From assembly GCF_009914755.1 (NCBI RefSeq), contig NC_060931.1: a stretch of 64,000 nt of DNA, one strand, 5' to 3'. Each line of letters begins with the position of its first letter. The first letter of the stretch is position 1. This stretch comes from the human T2T-CHM13v2.0 reference genome, Homo sapiens. The notes under the pieces are model-generated. The model was not told the origin of the DNA and did not search any database. It saw nothing but the letters and a program-made list of their open reading frames with translations. The position numbers and the translations under genes are program-made. Shown here piece after piece: positions 17,630 through 38,584 of the stretch.

Positions 17630-18130
17630 TCTCCTCCAGAATGTGGGCAAAGAGTTGGCTGTCTCACCTGTGCAGGGGGCACAGTGACATCCATCGCAGA
17701 CCATGGTTGGGAGGAGCAAATGAGAACATCATCAAGAGCTCTCACCCCTGCCTGGCACACGGAGAAGGCTCAACAAATAGCAGCTATCGGTGTGACTGCT
17801 GCTGCTCAAAGAGAGGAAATTCTGCAAAGCTGAACAGCCTGAGGATGGTTTCTGGGCATTCCCCAACCACGGTTCCTCCTCACCCCTGGTTCCTCCTCAT
17901 CCTCTGATCTCAAAGCTCCCAGTGCCTCAAGGCTCCCCCGGGCGGGTTTTCTGTCTGCCCTCCCTCTTACAGGGAGCTTATTCCTGCTCAGGGTTTTAAA
18001 TGTCATCTACCTGCTGATGACTTCATCTCCAGACCAAGCCAAGCCCCTGAAATACACACTGTATTCCACTGTTTATCTGACATCTCAACTTGGATGCTTA
18101 ATTAATCCCCAGGGGCATGAACAGAACCAG
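17630..18130. mobile_element. MIR and L2 fragments
   Basis: cctggcacacggagaaggctcaacaaatagcagctat (MIR-like end); gggttttaaatgtcatctacctgctgatgact and tgacatctcaacttggatg (L2-like). Confidence 0.55.
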
Positions 18131-18313
18131 CCAGTAGAGACCCGGGAGCTCATTCCGATTCCTGGACCACGATCCTGCAGGGACAGGGCTGTCTTCCTCC
18201 CCTTCTCCCAGTGGGAAGTGCTGGGATTACAGGTGTGAGCCACCGCACCCAGCCTAAATGCATTTTTAAAGTGTTATCTGTAAAACATCATACAGTTAAA
18301 AATGACTTTTTTA

Positions 18314-18731
<418 letters not shown>

Positions 18732-20275
18732 TCACAATGCTCTCCAACATCCATGAGAAGGTTTAATAACTTTAAAAGCAAAAGCCCTGTTTTTAAATTC
18801 TTGAGAAGCAAACTAGTTTTTTGGTTTTCTATCTGGTACCCTCCAAAATATAAACCCATTAAGTGTAGCTTCCAAGTAACCTGACCTCAAGCAATCCTCC
18901 TACCTCAGCCTCCCAAAGTGCTTGGATTACAGGCGTGCGCCACCTCGCCTGGCCAGTACTTCTTGACATTACCAACATCGTGAGTTCAGCCCTTAAACAG
19001 GGTTGCTTTGTATGATCAATTAGATGCCAGGACTGGTCTGACAAGAATACCTATTTTGATGTTGGTTGGCATAACTAATACTTTGCTGTTTCTGTTGACA
19101 ATGGTTGACCGGTAGGTTTAGTTGCTCTTTGAGGCCTGCTGAGAACTCAGCCATGGCCCTGTATCATCAAGATGGAGGATCATCTCTTGCTTATTTAATT
19201 TTAGAGGCCATAGGACCAGATTGGCAAAGAACCATTCCAAAATCTTTAGCTGTATAGGCTGAGTAGGTCAGAGCCATCTTAACATAGTTAAACATGCCGT
19301 TTGATGTCAGAAGGCTATTCCTACCCACTCTGATTTTCTTGGTGACATTATGATAAAGGCAAAAGGTACATTAAAAGCTTTGGATCTATACTGGGGTCGT
19401 AAAATGTCACCCATAGACAGTTCCTGTCTAGGGATTCATTTGCCAGACAGATCAATAAATGCTGTGAAAAGTTCTACAATAAGTATTCCCAACCAGCTGT
19501 TCTGCAAAGCACCCGTGAGTGTACGCTAGTGAAACAGTAAAATGTTTCTGTAATTTCAGTATCAAATATATAATTTACTCAAATAGAATAAATTGGTTTT
19601 CAGGAAACTTAATTGAGAAACGGTGTGTTAGACTTGCCTTGTTTTCTAGGATAAAATCCTGATAATTACCACTGCCTGAGAGCCAACCCCAGAGAGGCGG
19701 ATGCTGGAGATTTTACTCCTCAGTGTGGGGGTTAAAACTTGCTATGTAGTGATGGTACAGTGTCTGTCATTGAGAAATGCCTTTATTATGGCAAAAATCC
19801 AGGTATTTCCAACTCACCAGGAAGAAGACAAAATAAGCAAATGTATCTTGGTAGATGTTTACTCTTTGAATGTCAATAAGAATTTCACTCTGAAAGACAG
19901 CAGGTTTCCATTGTCCTCAGACAGGCAGCAGACAGCTGGGTCAGGAGCCGTGCTAACAAGTGAACCCAAGGTGAGGGAACTTTCAGATCCACACTCAATC
20001 TCTCCAACAGGAAGCATCGCTTTCCTGGCAACGGAAAGATTAATCATACATTGCACCAGGGAGAGACGAAGCTTGGTAATGTGAGACTGTGATTTACAAT
20101 GATCTCCTGATTTATTGTTGTGTATTTTTAAGCCATATTATTTAAAATGCAGCTAATTTAAAAGCTAGTGTTCAGCACCGCGTGACTGCTGCTAAAGATC
20201 TACTCTCTGCTGATAAGAGAAGCACCGTGTTCTGTCCACTTACTCCCAGGTCCCCACAGCAGATCCAACCTCTAA

Positions 20276-20853
<578 letters not shown>

Positions 20854-21531
20854 TCAAATGCAGTTTAAATATTACAGAAGCCCACATAAGGACAGTACTT
20901 AATACTAACAAACAGCCTTGCTGGATGAATACAGTGATATATATTTTTAGTTTTACTTTAATTATTCTTCATCATTCGACTTCAAACATGTATTTTTAAA
21001 GGGGCCCTTTTGTAACCAGCATAACTGACACCACTTGTGTTACATGAAGCTCTTGCAGATGGTTCCCTTTAGTCCTAGCTTAGTTCCACAGATGGGCAAT
21101 TCAGCCAACACCCTCATTTCATGGGTGAGGAAACTGACGTGTCCCAAGCCACACAACAGCCTTTGCTGCACTGCATTCCTGGTTAGGTGGGCACTTACTG
21201 AGTCTACCATTTGCAGAATCTGCAACTCTACTTCTATGCCACACCAATTGCTGCCTTCTGGGATTTGGGAGGCATTGAATGAGTGGATTTTTTTTCAAGC
21301 TTAGGATAGTGCTTGTCTTATGGTAAACACACAATAAATGTTATATCCTTATGATGACTGCTACGGAACAATTAAAATCTATCCGACTTCATTATGTGCT
21401 AAATATGGTTACTACGAGACAACAGACTGTGCAACACTAAACGCGGTACTGCATGTAAATAATGTTTTGAAAGGACCTGTCAAACTTTTTCCCCAAAATT
21501 TACAATGTTGCAATGCAAATAATTAAAATGA

Positions 21532-21963
<432 letters not shown>

Positions 21964-21987
21964 TGAAAAGATAATTTCCAACCTTAG

Positions 21988-22339
<352 letters not shown>

Positions 22340-22802
22340 CAAGATTCCAGGGCAATTTCAAAACGGAGATGGGATTCGGCCTGGTTGCTGTGTGAGAAAG
22401 CGTTGGCCACATGGCAAGGGCAGGAGCCAGGCTGGGGAGGCTGTGCTGGTGGTGGTGGGCACAGGTGTGGATCCCGCACTGGGAGGCCTGGGCTGCAGGG
22501 GAGGAGAATGAGCCTCATGAAGCCTGCAGCAATGTCATCTGGCACCCAGCCCTTTCCTCTGGCGAATTCCGCTCTCTGCGTTCAGGGCATGACTCCTGCC
22601 TCCCGACCTCACAAGGCAGGAATCCTCAGGGAGCTGCCACCTTCACACCAGCCACCCTCCTGGGCACTGAGGTAAGGAGAAGTAAGACAGTAAGAATGGA
22701 GGATGATTCCCTCCTCCCCTTTGTTTCTCCAAAACTGTGTGTGTTGAAGAAAGAACCTTAGGCTGAGGAGAAGAAATCCGGCTTGGTTTCAGAAAGAGAG
22801 AG

Positions 22803-23188
<386 letters not shown>

Positions 23189-23589
23189 TTAGCTGCCGTG
23201 GTAAGTCAGATTCTTTTGCCCACAGAGACAAAGATGTTCCTGCGAGTCACCTCGCTGGGAGTGGAGCTGAGAAGCCCTGCACTGAGCTGGTGTGAGACAG
23301 GGAGGTAAAGCCTGCAGGGAGGAGGTGGAAGGGCGAGGCCACCCCATGGGCAGCAGCCCTCAGAGTGGGCCAGGCCTGGAGGAGGGGAAGAAGCTGGACT
23401 GTGTATCCTCGATGCCCAGTTGTGCTGTTCCGGGACTGGCCCCACTGGCCCCCTGGGATCCAGAGAGAAAGACCTTTGCTCTGGGCATCACAGGCGTGCA
23501 CAGCCGGAGACAGGGAGGCACCCACGGAAGCACCTTCTGCGGCCTCTCTTTCCAACTTTTTAAATGGTCTGCCATTTTTATTTTGAACT

Positions 23590-23756
23590 GTTTTTTTCTT
23601 TCTTTTTGAGACAGGGTCTTGCTCCGTTGGCCAGGTTGGAGGGCAGTGGCGTGCAATCGCAGCTCATTGCAGCATCTCCCTCCTGGGCTCAAGTGATCCT
23701 CCTGCCTCTGGCCCCCGAAGTACTGGGATTACAGGCATGCGCCACCATGACTGGCC
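23590..23756 (-). mobile_element. Alu monomer (FRAM/AluJ)
   Basis: Single arm; TSD tattttgaact. Confidence 0.85.
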
Positions 23757-24015
23757 TATTTTGAACTTTTCATAATAAGAAAAAACTTTTTCCATCTAGA
23801 AAACATAAAATACACCTGGATGTTGCATTGACAGGATTTCCGTATGGAGAGAACCATGTTTGGACTTAGTTTGTGATCTGAGTAATACTAAAGGGGAGGT
23901 GACTTTAGCCAGTGATGATACTAAGTAGTGTCTTATGCAATTTGAAAAAGCCACATTCAAGTTCTATTAGTTTGCTCTAGGCCTGAGTAACATAGCCGCA
24001 TAGAAAGATAGAGGG

Positions 24016-24358
<343 letters not shown>

Positions 24359-24583
24359 TAAGTCCTGTAAAAGCAGCACACACCCTCGGTCCAATGTTGG
24401 CTAACCCGGCAGCAAGTACAAGGCATTAGGGTGAATCTTCTCAAGCAAGAATGTGAATGGGAAACCACCTCCAGGTAAGATTACCCTGCGAGAATACAAA
24501 ACTGCCTGGCATAGACACAACAAAAACAAAGAAAGTCACAACAAAATAATGAGAAGTCTTACACAACTAACAAAATAGGCATA

Positions 24584-24886
<303 letters not shown>

Positions 24887-25779
24887 TAGGCATAACTTCT
24901 ATCAAGAAGGTAAAGTATATAAGCGTCAAAAATATAGCAATTCTTAATTTGAGGGCATTTGGTAACATTTGCTACAAATGAGGGGAGCACCTCTAGAAAA
25001 TAGAAAAATGTACTCAAAAGAAGGAAAGTGGATAGAAAGAACGGGAAGAGCTAGTGAAAATGAATGATGCGTCTGAAATACAGCCAGTACTGGATATAAC
25101 TGTGTTAGTCAAATGCGTGAGAACTGGCCAACGAGGCCTGGTCAGGGAACAAAGTGTTTTGCAAAGACTCTGGTAATCAGGGTGAGATTGATAACCACGA
25201 TGAAAGCCGCAACATTAATAACAAAAGATCAGCGACACAGACAAACATATTTATAGATCATTGCCTCAACTGGAGGCCCGCGAAGGCCCAGATGTATCAC
25301 TGCTTTCAAATTTATTTATAGATCAATGTCCTGATGTGATAAACAGTTGGCTTGTAAACTAAAGATACTGAAAACCACAACATACAACTATGAATTTTTC
25401 CTTTTCTTTACTGTGCAAGAGATGTCAGCGCAGGTCTATAGTCCGGGGACAACTCCTTACTCATCTGATGAATGGGATGAACCATGTCAGAGGAAGAGCT
25501 AACCCTGCAGCCAAATTCTAATAAACAACAGGCTCAAGACCCTTGTCGACAAGCTCAGCCCAGACTCCAAAGTTCCACTGGAAGCATCTCCCACAGAAAT
25601 GGCCTTCTCTGTGTTGCATACGACCCTACTGCTACAGCTTGGTGCTGTCCAAACTCCGGGGAGAGGAACCGGAACCTTTCAGTTCTTGGCTCAGCCATTC
25701 CATAGACAATATTGCAACAGGAAACGACTGAGGCTGTGGCGGCCTCTGGAAGTTCATTTCTGCCCACGTGTATCTGCCT

Positions 25780-26060
25780 TGAGTGTTCTAAGGCACTTAT
25801 TCATTCATTTGTTCGTTTGCTCACTTGCCCGTCAAACATCTGAGGGCTGACTGCATGTCAGGAGTTTAAATAGGCCCTGGGGTAGAAATGTGAACAGTAG
25901 TCAGTTGAATAGGAATCGGAGGGCTAGACTCAAAGTCTCATGTGGGAGACAGAGGTAAGCACAGAGAGTTCCGTATTGTCAGGGTTACCCATCAGGGCAC
26001 CAGGCACAGGAGTGGAGGACAGAGGAGGCCTCTTGCCTGGGGAAGCAGGGAATCCATCAC
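25780..26060 (-). mobile_element. L2 3' fragment
   Basis: ttattcattcatttgttc...caaacatctgagggctgactgcatgtcagg. Confidence 0.55.
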
Positions 26061-26585
26061 CCAGCAGAGCAGAGGCAGAGGGGCAGAGAGGGTGCCAGCC
26101 AGAGGGCAGGTAAGGTGCCAATGTAAGTGCTGCCCTGTGGCAGCATGGGGTTCCAGCTACTGGGGAGACTTGAGCCCAGGAGTTTGAGGCCAGCTTGGGC
26201 AACATGGTGAGACCCTGTCTCTTCAAAAAAAAAATTAAAAAAAGTAGTCAATGTGTGTGTTGGGTGGGCGGGGAGGAGTCCAGAATGGCCTTAAAGGCCA
26301 AGCATGAAGGAACCCGGCACTCCTGGTACACATGCAGCCACTGAATGATTTGAGGAGGGGAATGGGACATTGAAGAAGGGGAAGTTTGGGGACTTGGGGA
26401 CGGTGGAGTCAGGGCTTCTCCCCTCTCCAGGAGGCTGACCTCATGTTACTGGGAAAAGATGAAACCGCCTGAGACCACTCGGTATAGGGAGGGTGTGGGG
26501 GATGGGTGCTTACTCTCCCTGGGAGTGCAAACCGGCACAGCTTTTGGGTTGGAAATTTGGCATTATCTGTTAAATTTAAAAATAA

Positions 26586-27023
<438 letters not shown>

Positions 27024-27505
27024 TAAAATATTCCCCATTACCGGATTGGTTACATAAATCACATCCATAAAGCCACTGAAAAGAGTGAGGGATCCAGACT
27101 TTCCGACTCCAGTGTGCAAGCGAATCATCCAGGGAGGCTGTGAGAATGTAGACTCTGCCTCAGGGTCTGGGGAGGGCCTGAGGGGCTGCACTTCTCATAG
27201 CCTGCAGGTGCACAGCTGCTGCCACCCTGGGGCCCTGCGCCAGGTAGCCAGGACCCAGATGACCAAAAGCAAGCGGGAACATCAGAAACAGTATATCCTA
27301 CATTGGTTTAAAAAAATAATAATGCAAGTTAATATACACATCACATATCCAGAAAGATATGCATTTCTGGAAGGAAGAACTTATGGTGGACTTTTCCCTC
27401 TACATTTTATATACATAATTGTAACATTTCAATTTTTATAATAATCACGAATTATCTTTGCAACCAGAAAAAAAAACTCAACATGTTAAGGTAATCGACC
27501 AATAA

Positions 27506-27904
<399 letters not shown>

Positions 27905-27907
27905 TAA

Positions 27908-28216
<309 letters not shown>

Positions 28217-28704
28217 TAAAGAGCTGTTCTAATCAGAGCCCCAAGTGGCTACTTTTTTTCCAGGCTGGGGGACGTTCTGGGATACAACAGCCTTCTGTCC
28301 ACCCATCCGGATTGCAAGGTCCTGCAGGCTGCAGGGTGGCCTGCGGAAAACGCAATGCCGTTACTGTCCCTCTCTCACCCTCACCCACGCCCCACCCAAA
28401 ACATGGCCATGCTTCCTGCTGCTCCCAGAACAAACACAAAACACTCCCGGATCGGCAGAGCTTTCACGCCCGGCCCTGGCCACCTCGCCAGCCGCATGTC
28501 TCACGCAGGTCTCCTCATGCCCGGCACTCTTGCTGCCCTTCAGACCCTAGTGTGTGCCACCTGCACCCCACAAACCGACCTCAGCATCATCAATGCGCTG
28601 GTTCATGTTTGCATTCCTCTCCTGTCCAGCCAGGTGGCAGAGCCTCCCATTTCCCCACTCCGAGCCCCTTTACCCAGGACTGTGGAAATAGGACTCTTTC
28701 CCAT

Positions 28705-29941
28705 GCGACTGGGTGATGAGGCGCGACCGGGTGACGAGGCGCGACCGGGTGACGAGGCGCGACCGGGTGACGAGGCGCGAATGGGTGACGAGGCGCGATT
28801 GGGTGACGAGGCACACGCTGGGTGAAGAGGTGTGCGCTGGGTGACGAGGTGTCGTTGGGTGACGAGGCACGAATGGGTGACGAGGCGCGATTGGGTGACG
28901 AGGCGCGACTGGGTGACGAGGCGCGAATGGGTGACGAGGCGCGATTGGGTGACGAGGCGCGAATGGGTGACAAGGCGCGACTGGGTGACGAGGCGCGATT
29001 GGGTGACGAGGAGCACGCTGGGTGAAGAGGTGTGCGCTGGGTGACGAGGTGTCGTTGGGTGACGAGGCGCGAATGGGTGACGAGGCGCGATTGGGTGACA
29101 GTGCGCATGCTGGGTGACGAGGCACGTGCTGGGTGACGAGGCGCGACTGGGTGACGAGGCGCAAATGGGTGACGAGGCGCGATTGGGTGACGAGGAGCAC
29201 GCTGGGTGAAGAGGTGTGCGCTGGGTGAAGAGGTGTGCGCTGGGTGACGAGGTGTTGTTGGGTGACGAGGCGCGACTGGGTGATGAGGCGCGACTGGGTG
29301 ATGAGGCGCGAATGGGTGACGAGGTGCGACTAGGTGACGAGGCGCGACTGGGTGACGAGGCGCATGCTGGGTGACGAGGCGCGTGCTGGGTGATGAGGCA
29401 CGACTGGGTGACGAGGTGTCGTTGGGTGACGAGGCGCGACTGGGTGACGAATGGGTGACGAGGCGTGACCAGGTGACGAGGCGCAAATGGGTGACGAGGC
29501 GCGATTGGGTGACGAGGTGCATGCTGGGTGACGAGGCGCGTGCTGGGTGACGAGGTGTCGGGTGACGAGGCGCAACTGGGTGATGAGGCGCGAATGGGTG
29601 ACGAGGCGCACGCTGGGTGAAGAGGTGTGCGCTGGGTGACGAGGTGTCGTTGGGTGACGAGGCGCGACTGGGTGATGAGGCGCGAATGGGTGACGAGGCG
29701 CAATTGGGTGACGAGGCGCGACCGGGTGACGAGGCGCGAATGGGTGACGAGGCGCAACTGGGTGACGAGGCGCGATTGGGTGACGAGGCGCGATTGGGTG
29801 ACGAGGCGCGAATGGGTGACGAGGCGCGACTGGGTGACGAGGCGCGATTGGGTGACGAGGCGCGAATGGGTGACGAGGCGCGATTGGGTGACGAGGCGCG
29901 CGCTGGGTGAAGAGGCACGACTGGGTGACAAGGTGCGCTGG
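28705..29941. repeat. CpG-rich minisatellite, 18-bp unit GGGTGACGAGGCGCGA(C/A/T)T with 19-bp variants, roughly 67 units
   Basis: Seen directly; copy number estimated as length divided by unit size. Confidence 0.98.
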
Positions 29942-30049
29942 CATCTGCAGGGTCACAGATGCAGGGGTCTTTCAAGTGGGGAGCAGCCAAAAATGCTCAC
30001 ATTAGGCCTCCCTCATGTTAGGATCTTCGGTTGAAAAATCTCCCACATA

Positions 30050-30359
<310 letters not shown>

Positions 30360-30399
30360 TTAGAAGTCCTGGCTTCAGAGCAAAGAAACCTCCACCCCA

Positions 30400-31350
30400 G
30401 GAGATCAGAACCAGCGCAGATGGCCCAGCGGCCACCGGCCAGGCCTCAGAGAACGATCACAGACAGAAAACTCACGCAGGTCAGCGGCCTCAGGGAGTTC
30501 ACCACCAACCACTGAGCCGTTCTGTGCGCCAGACCCCGGCTGAGCACTCGGCGCAAGTAATCGATTTTCACTCATGGGGTTCCTGTGGAGCGGGATGGCA
30601 GCGAGGCTGCGGGCTCCTTTTCCCCAGTGAGTCGCGGAGGAGGACTGAAGGAGGGGCCTGGGTTCCGGGAGCACCAGCGGTGCAACCCCGGGGGAGGCCC
30701 TGGTCTACGGCGCGGGGAGCTCAGCCAGTGCGGCAGGCGTGAGGCTGGGCGGGAGGAGAGCTCTCCCGCTCCGCTGACTCACCTGGCGGCCTTGACACAC
30801 AGAAACAGGCCCCAGCTGAAGGTGCGGCGGGCCGGCACCCTCCTCTCAGGCTGGGAGCTACGGGAATCCTGGCTCCCCCCAGGCTCCTCTCCATGAACCG
30901 AGTGGCAAAGCCCTGCGGGATGAGCAGTGTGGGGAGGTGTTTGTGGAGCCCGTCACCCTTCAGCCTCTGAAAGACTCACCGTCAGACCAAGGAGCTGAGA
31001 CCCCAGGAGAACGCACCCTCGCGGAGCCTGAGTCCGCAGACGTCTCAGTACAACCGCCCCCAAATGAAGACCTCAGAGGGCAGCCGACAGCTTGGGAACA
31101 GTGAGGGAAGGAGCAAGCAGCCCTCAGGCCCAGCACAGCAGCCACTCAGGGAGCACGGGGAGGGCCGGTGTAAGTTCCAAGCTGAAACGAGCATTTTTAT
31201 AACAGCCCCGTGGCGTCGGCACCACCGCATCCCATTCCACAGATAGACCCAGGCTGGAGAGGTGAGCAAGGCCACGTGGCTGGAAATGGGGAGATCAGGG
31301 TTTCACCCCAAGCCTGAGAGCCCAGGGCCGCGCTGCTGACTACTCTGTGT
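30400..31350. promoter_or_regulatory. CpG/GC-rich unique segment, candidate enhancer or weak CpG island
   Basis: Elevated CpG; AP-1 site TGACTCA at 30775-30781; E-boxes CACGTG. Confidence 0.4.
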
Positions 31351-33229
31351 TCACGTGGTGCATCTGGCAGCTGAACCTTCCTGTTCCCATCACCGTGAGG
31401 CCGTAAGTCTTGCTCACAACTACTTCCCACCTACCTAGCTCAGGTTCCTGGCAGGCGCCAGGATCCCCGGGAACTCCCCAGCACAGCCTGGTCTCCCAGC
31501 AGCCCGAGCAGACCGTGGTCAGCGGCTGATGGTGACCAAGCCCTGACGCTTTGTTCCAGCACAGCCAGAGTGCAGGTCGGGCTCCCACCCACAGTCTGGG
31601 GCGGGGACAGGTGGATGGGAGCAGTGCAGAGCACAGGAGGGCAGCTCCTGGAATGGTGACAGCCAGGGAAGGGAGCAGGGCTGCAGACAAAGGCCAGGCA
31701 GAACAGGGACATTGGTACAGTAGAGAAACCAGCTCTAAAATGATGCCTCACGGGCTGGGAAAGTGACTTACTCCTGACTCCTGTGTACACACAGTACCCT
31801 GAGGCGGTGAGCCGAGCCCCGGCTGCCGCCAACGCTCACTCCTGTACAGCACCCAACACACTGGGTGTTGGGGGCCCCTGTATTTCGTTTCTACACACCA
31901 CAAAAAGTGCGGCTGTTGACCCAGAAGATGGAAATGTTTTCAGTGAGAAGATGCAGGGCTGTAGGTGTAGGTTGGAAGAGACGGGAGAGTGTTCAGCAGA
32001 AACTTGCGCCTGGCCCTCTGAATGGGGGGAAATGAATTTCTGTCTCCCCACACTTCCCGAACTTCTGTGCCAGAGCTTCCTTCCCCACTTCTAGACAACA
32101 CCCCAGGTGCATCTCAGAGCTTTTCCAGTCACTTTTCAGCTTTAGAACAGCATCCTTTGCAGATTTTTTAAAAAAATTCCAGCTAGACTGAAATCAAAAT
32201 TTCATCTTTCCACCAGTTCAGACCTCACCTCAGTTCAGAAATCTGCTAGGAGGAGTGGGGCCTTTTCCTCACTTCCCTAACTTAGCGCATCCTCACATTA
32301 TTGGGGGCTGGAGGTGCAGGGGGCACGATGTCATCCTCCCCTCTGACAGTTCCCCCACGCAGGACACTCTCCCGATGCCTCCTGTCCCCTGGGAATGGGT
32401 GAGAAAGCCATGCTTACGCCCTTGCCACCCTCTGCCTCTTCTTCTCTGACAGGGAAGGGTCTCAGGACCTCCCCAGCCTCTCTTGGCAGATCCTGCAGCT
32501 CCTGGACGGAAAAGAGGGGGAGCTCATCACCTGCAAACCTCACCAGAGCTCCCAGGAAACAGAAAAAGCCCACATTCTTCCTGGTCACTCCACAGCACCC
32601 CCCCTTTCCTTCTGGGTCCCTTCCCTGCTCCAAACACCCCCAGCTCCCTGGAGACTCAGCCTGGACCACCGCAGACCATAGACGGGCAGACACCAGGGCC
32701 CGCCTTCAGGCGGAATTGTGCCCATCTGTGCTTCAGAGCCTTTCCCTGCACAATGAAGACGTGGTCTGCACCTCACATGGTGGCTGCCGTGAGGATGAAG
32801 GACGAGGCTTGGGAAGCCATCTGCACAGCTTCTGTCCACTGCAGGTGGGATACGTGCTCTTGCTGCCCAGCTTGGCTTTCCTTCTGCCCGATGCCCATCC
32901 TCCACTCCAGCCAGGCAAGCTCACTGTGCCATGTGCCAGGCTCATTCAGAAGCCCTCACCTCCTCCCGCATTGTCCATGGGAAGTCCCACATCCTCTCAG
33001 GCATCAGAAATGCCCCTCTGAGTCAGGGTCCCCCCATCCCCCGCCTTTTCCAGGACACGCCCCTCCCCCTCCTCCTCCTCCAAGACAGGGAGCCCAGGGC
33101 ACCAGGACACTTGTGCTGCAGGAGTTAGCGAGGCAATTCGGAGAAAAACGAGACAGATAAAAGTTGGAAAGGAGAAGGTTGGGACAGGGAAAGCTGATTG
33201 TCCCCAATATCTGTTCTTTTCATGTTCTC

Positions 33230-36390
<3,161 letters not shown>

Positions 36391-36394
36391 GACG

Positions 36395-36502
36395 GGCCGG
36401 GCGCGGTGGCTTGCCTGTAATCCCAGCACTTTGGTCCGCCATTGCACTCCGGCCTGGGCAACAGAGTGAGACTCGGTCTCAAGAAAAAAAAAAGAAAAAA
36501 AA
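36395..36502 (+). mobile_element. Alu with about 200 bp deleted internally
   Basis: 5' 40 nt joined at 36434/36435 to the 3' end and A tail; TSD aagtcaagg. Confidence 0.85.
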
Positions 36503-36749
36503 TTAAATTAAATTAAATTAAGTCAAGGGTGGGAACTCTGTGGAAATGAAGCTTCTGAAGCTGTCCGGGAAGAGAAGCGGCCCCTGGTCAGGCCGAGAAC
36601 CCCACAGCAGCAGCCCCGTCTTCCCCCAGCTCACTGCTAGGCGAGGCTGCTCCTGCGCCTCCGGGCTTCCCAAAAATCCAGACGCAAACTGCGCGGCCTC
36701 TGCGTTCGCTTCCCGGTTCAAGTTACCCAGTAAAGAGGAACCTCAAACG

Positions 36750-37350
<601 letters not shown>

Positions 37351-37548
37351 GGATTTCCCTTTTAAATGTGAAGGCACCTCCATGCTCATCGCGAGCCTGA
37401 CGTCCACGCGGCGCCCACCCGCGGGCGCGCCTGCCCCGGGCGCCACCTGCCCGGCTGCCCCCGCACCCGGCTCCGCGCAGCTCTGCACGCTGTCGCCCTC
37501 CGGCCAGCAGGGGGCGCCGCCCGCCCGCCCCGCGCAGCCGCCTCTTCC

Positions 37549-37605
37549 CCGGAAGTCCCGCCTCGGCCGGAAGTCGTGCGTCCACGCGTTTCGAAAGATG
37601 GCGGC
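37549..37605 (+). promoter_or_regulatory. NOM1: NOM1 core promoter: tandem ETS/GABP sites and a YY1 site overlapping the start codon
   Basis: CCGGAAGT at 37549-37556 and 37567-37574; AAGATGGCGGC at 37595-37605; no TATA box. Confidence 0.75.
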
Positions 37606-38584
37606 GTCCAGGAGCGCGGGAGAGGCCGGCCCGGGCGGCTCCCAGGGACGCGTGGTCCGCATGAAGCGCAGAGGCGGGCGCGGGCCGCGCCGCGGTCCTG
37701 CTGGCGGTGGGGAGAAGGCCCTGAAGAGGCTGAAGCTAGCGGTGGAGGAGTTCGTGCACGCGACTTCGGAAGGCGAGGCTCCCGGGGGTTGCGAGGGGCG
37801 CGGCGCCCCGGTGAGCTTTCGCCCGGGAGGGAGAAAAAGCCGTAAGGAACTGAGGAAGGAGAAGCGGCACCTGCGGAAAGCACGCCGGCTGCAGAGGACG
37901 GCGGGCCCCGAACAGGGTCCCGGCCTGGGAGGCCGAAGCGGAGCCGAAGAAGCCAGCGGTCACCGGCAGGACACGGAGGAGCGCGCCCGCCCAGCCCCTA
38001 GTCGGGACCCCTCGCCTCCCAGGAAGCCGCGGCCGTCCCGGGTCAAGGCCAAGGCCACGGCCGCCACCGCAAAGACCAGACCCTCCGCAGCCGCCACCGC
38101 CGCTGCCCGGAAACGGGCGCTTTTAGCGGCGAACGAGGAGGAGGACCGAGAGATCCGAAAGCTGGAGCGTTGCCTCGGTTTGAACAAGCGCAAAAAGAAG
38201 GACGGCAGCAGCTCCGTGCCGCTGAGCTTTGCACGCGACGGTCTTGACTATATTCTGGGAGCCCTGGAGTCTGGGAAAAATAGCGGCTTGTACGACAGCA
38301 GTGGTGAGGAGGAGGAAGATGCCGGACAGACACTCCCCGAAAGTGACTTAGAGAGTGACTCCCAGGACGAAAGTGAGGAGGAGGAGGAGGGAGACGTAGA
38401 AAAGGAAAAGAAGGCGCAGGAAGCAGAAGCGCAGAGCGAGGACGACGACGAGGATACAGAAGAGGAACAGGGGGAAGAAAAGGAAAAGGGAGCGCAGGAG
38501 AAAAGGAGGGGGAAGAGAGTCCGTTTTGCAGAAGATGAAGAAAAGAGTGAAAATTCCTCGGAGGACGGTGACATAACGGATAAG
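37598..38584 (+). CDS. NOM1: NOM1 exon 1 ([11 protein letters not shown]...DGDITDK; PP1-binding KRVRF at 38513-38527)
   Basis: ATG in aagATGG; donor AAG/gtatcg; phase 0. Confidence 0.97.

Noticed and set aside
28705-29941. CRISPR-like appearance of the regular repeat
   Set aside because: Units are head-to-tail with no unique spacers, there are no cas genes, and the context is mammalian
28590-29990. 466-aa and 442-aa minus-strand ORFs and (GDEARL)n plus-strand ORFs
   Set aside because: They arise because the minisatellite unit lacks stop codons; the two longest begin at TTG, and the peptide motif switches frame with each 19-bp unit
32395-33160. Overlapping 208-aa and 225-aa ORFs
   Set aside because: GC-rich sequence open in several frames on both strands, with no recognisable domain
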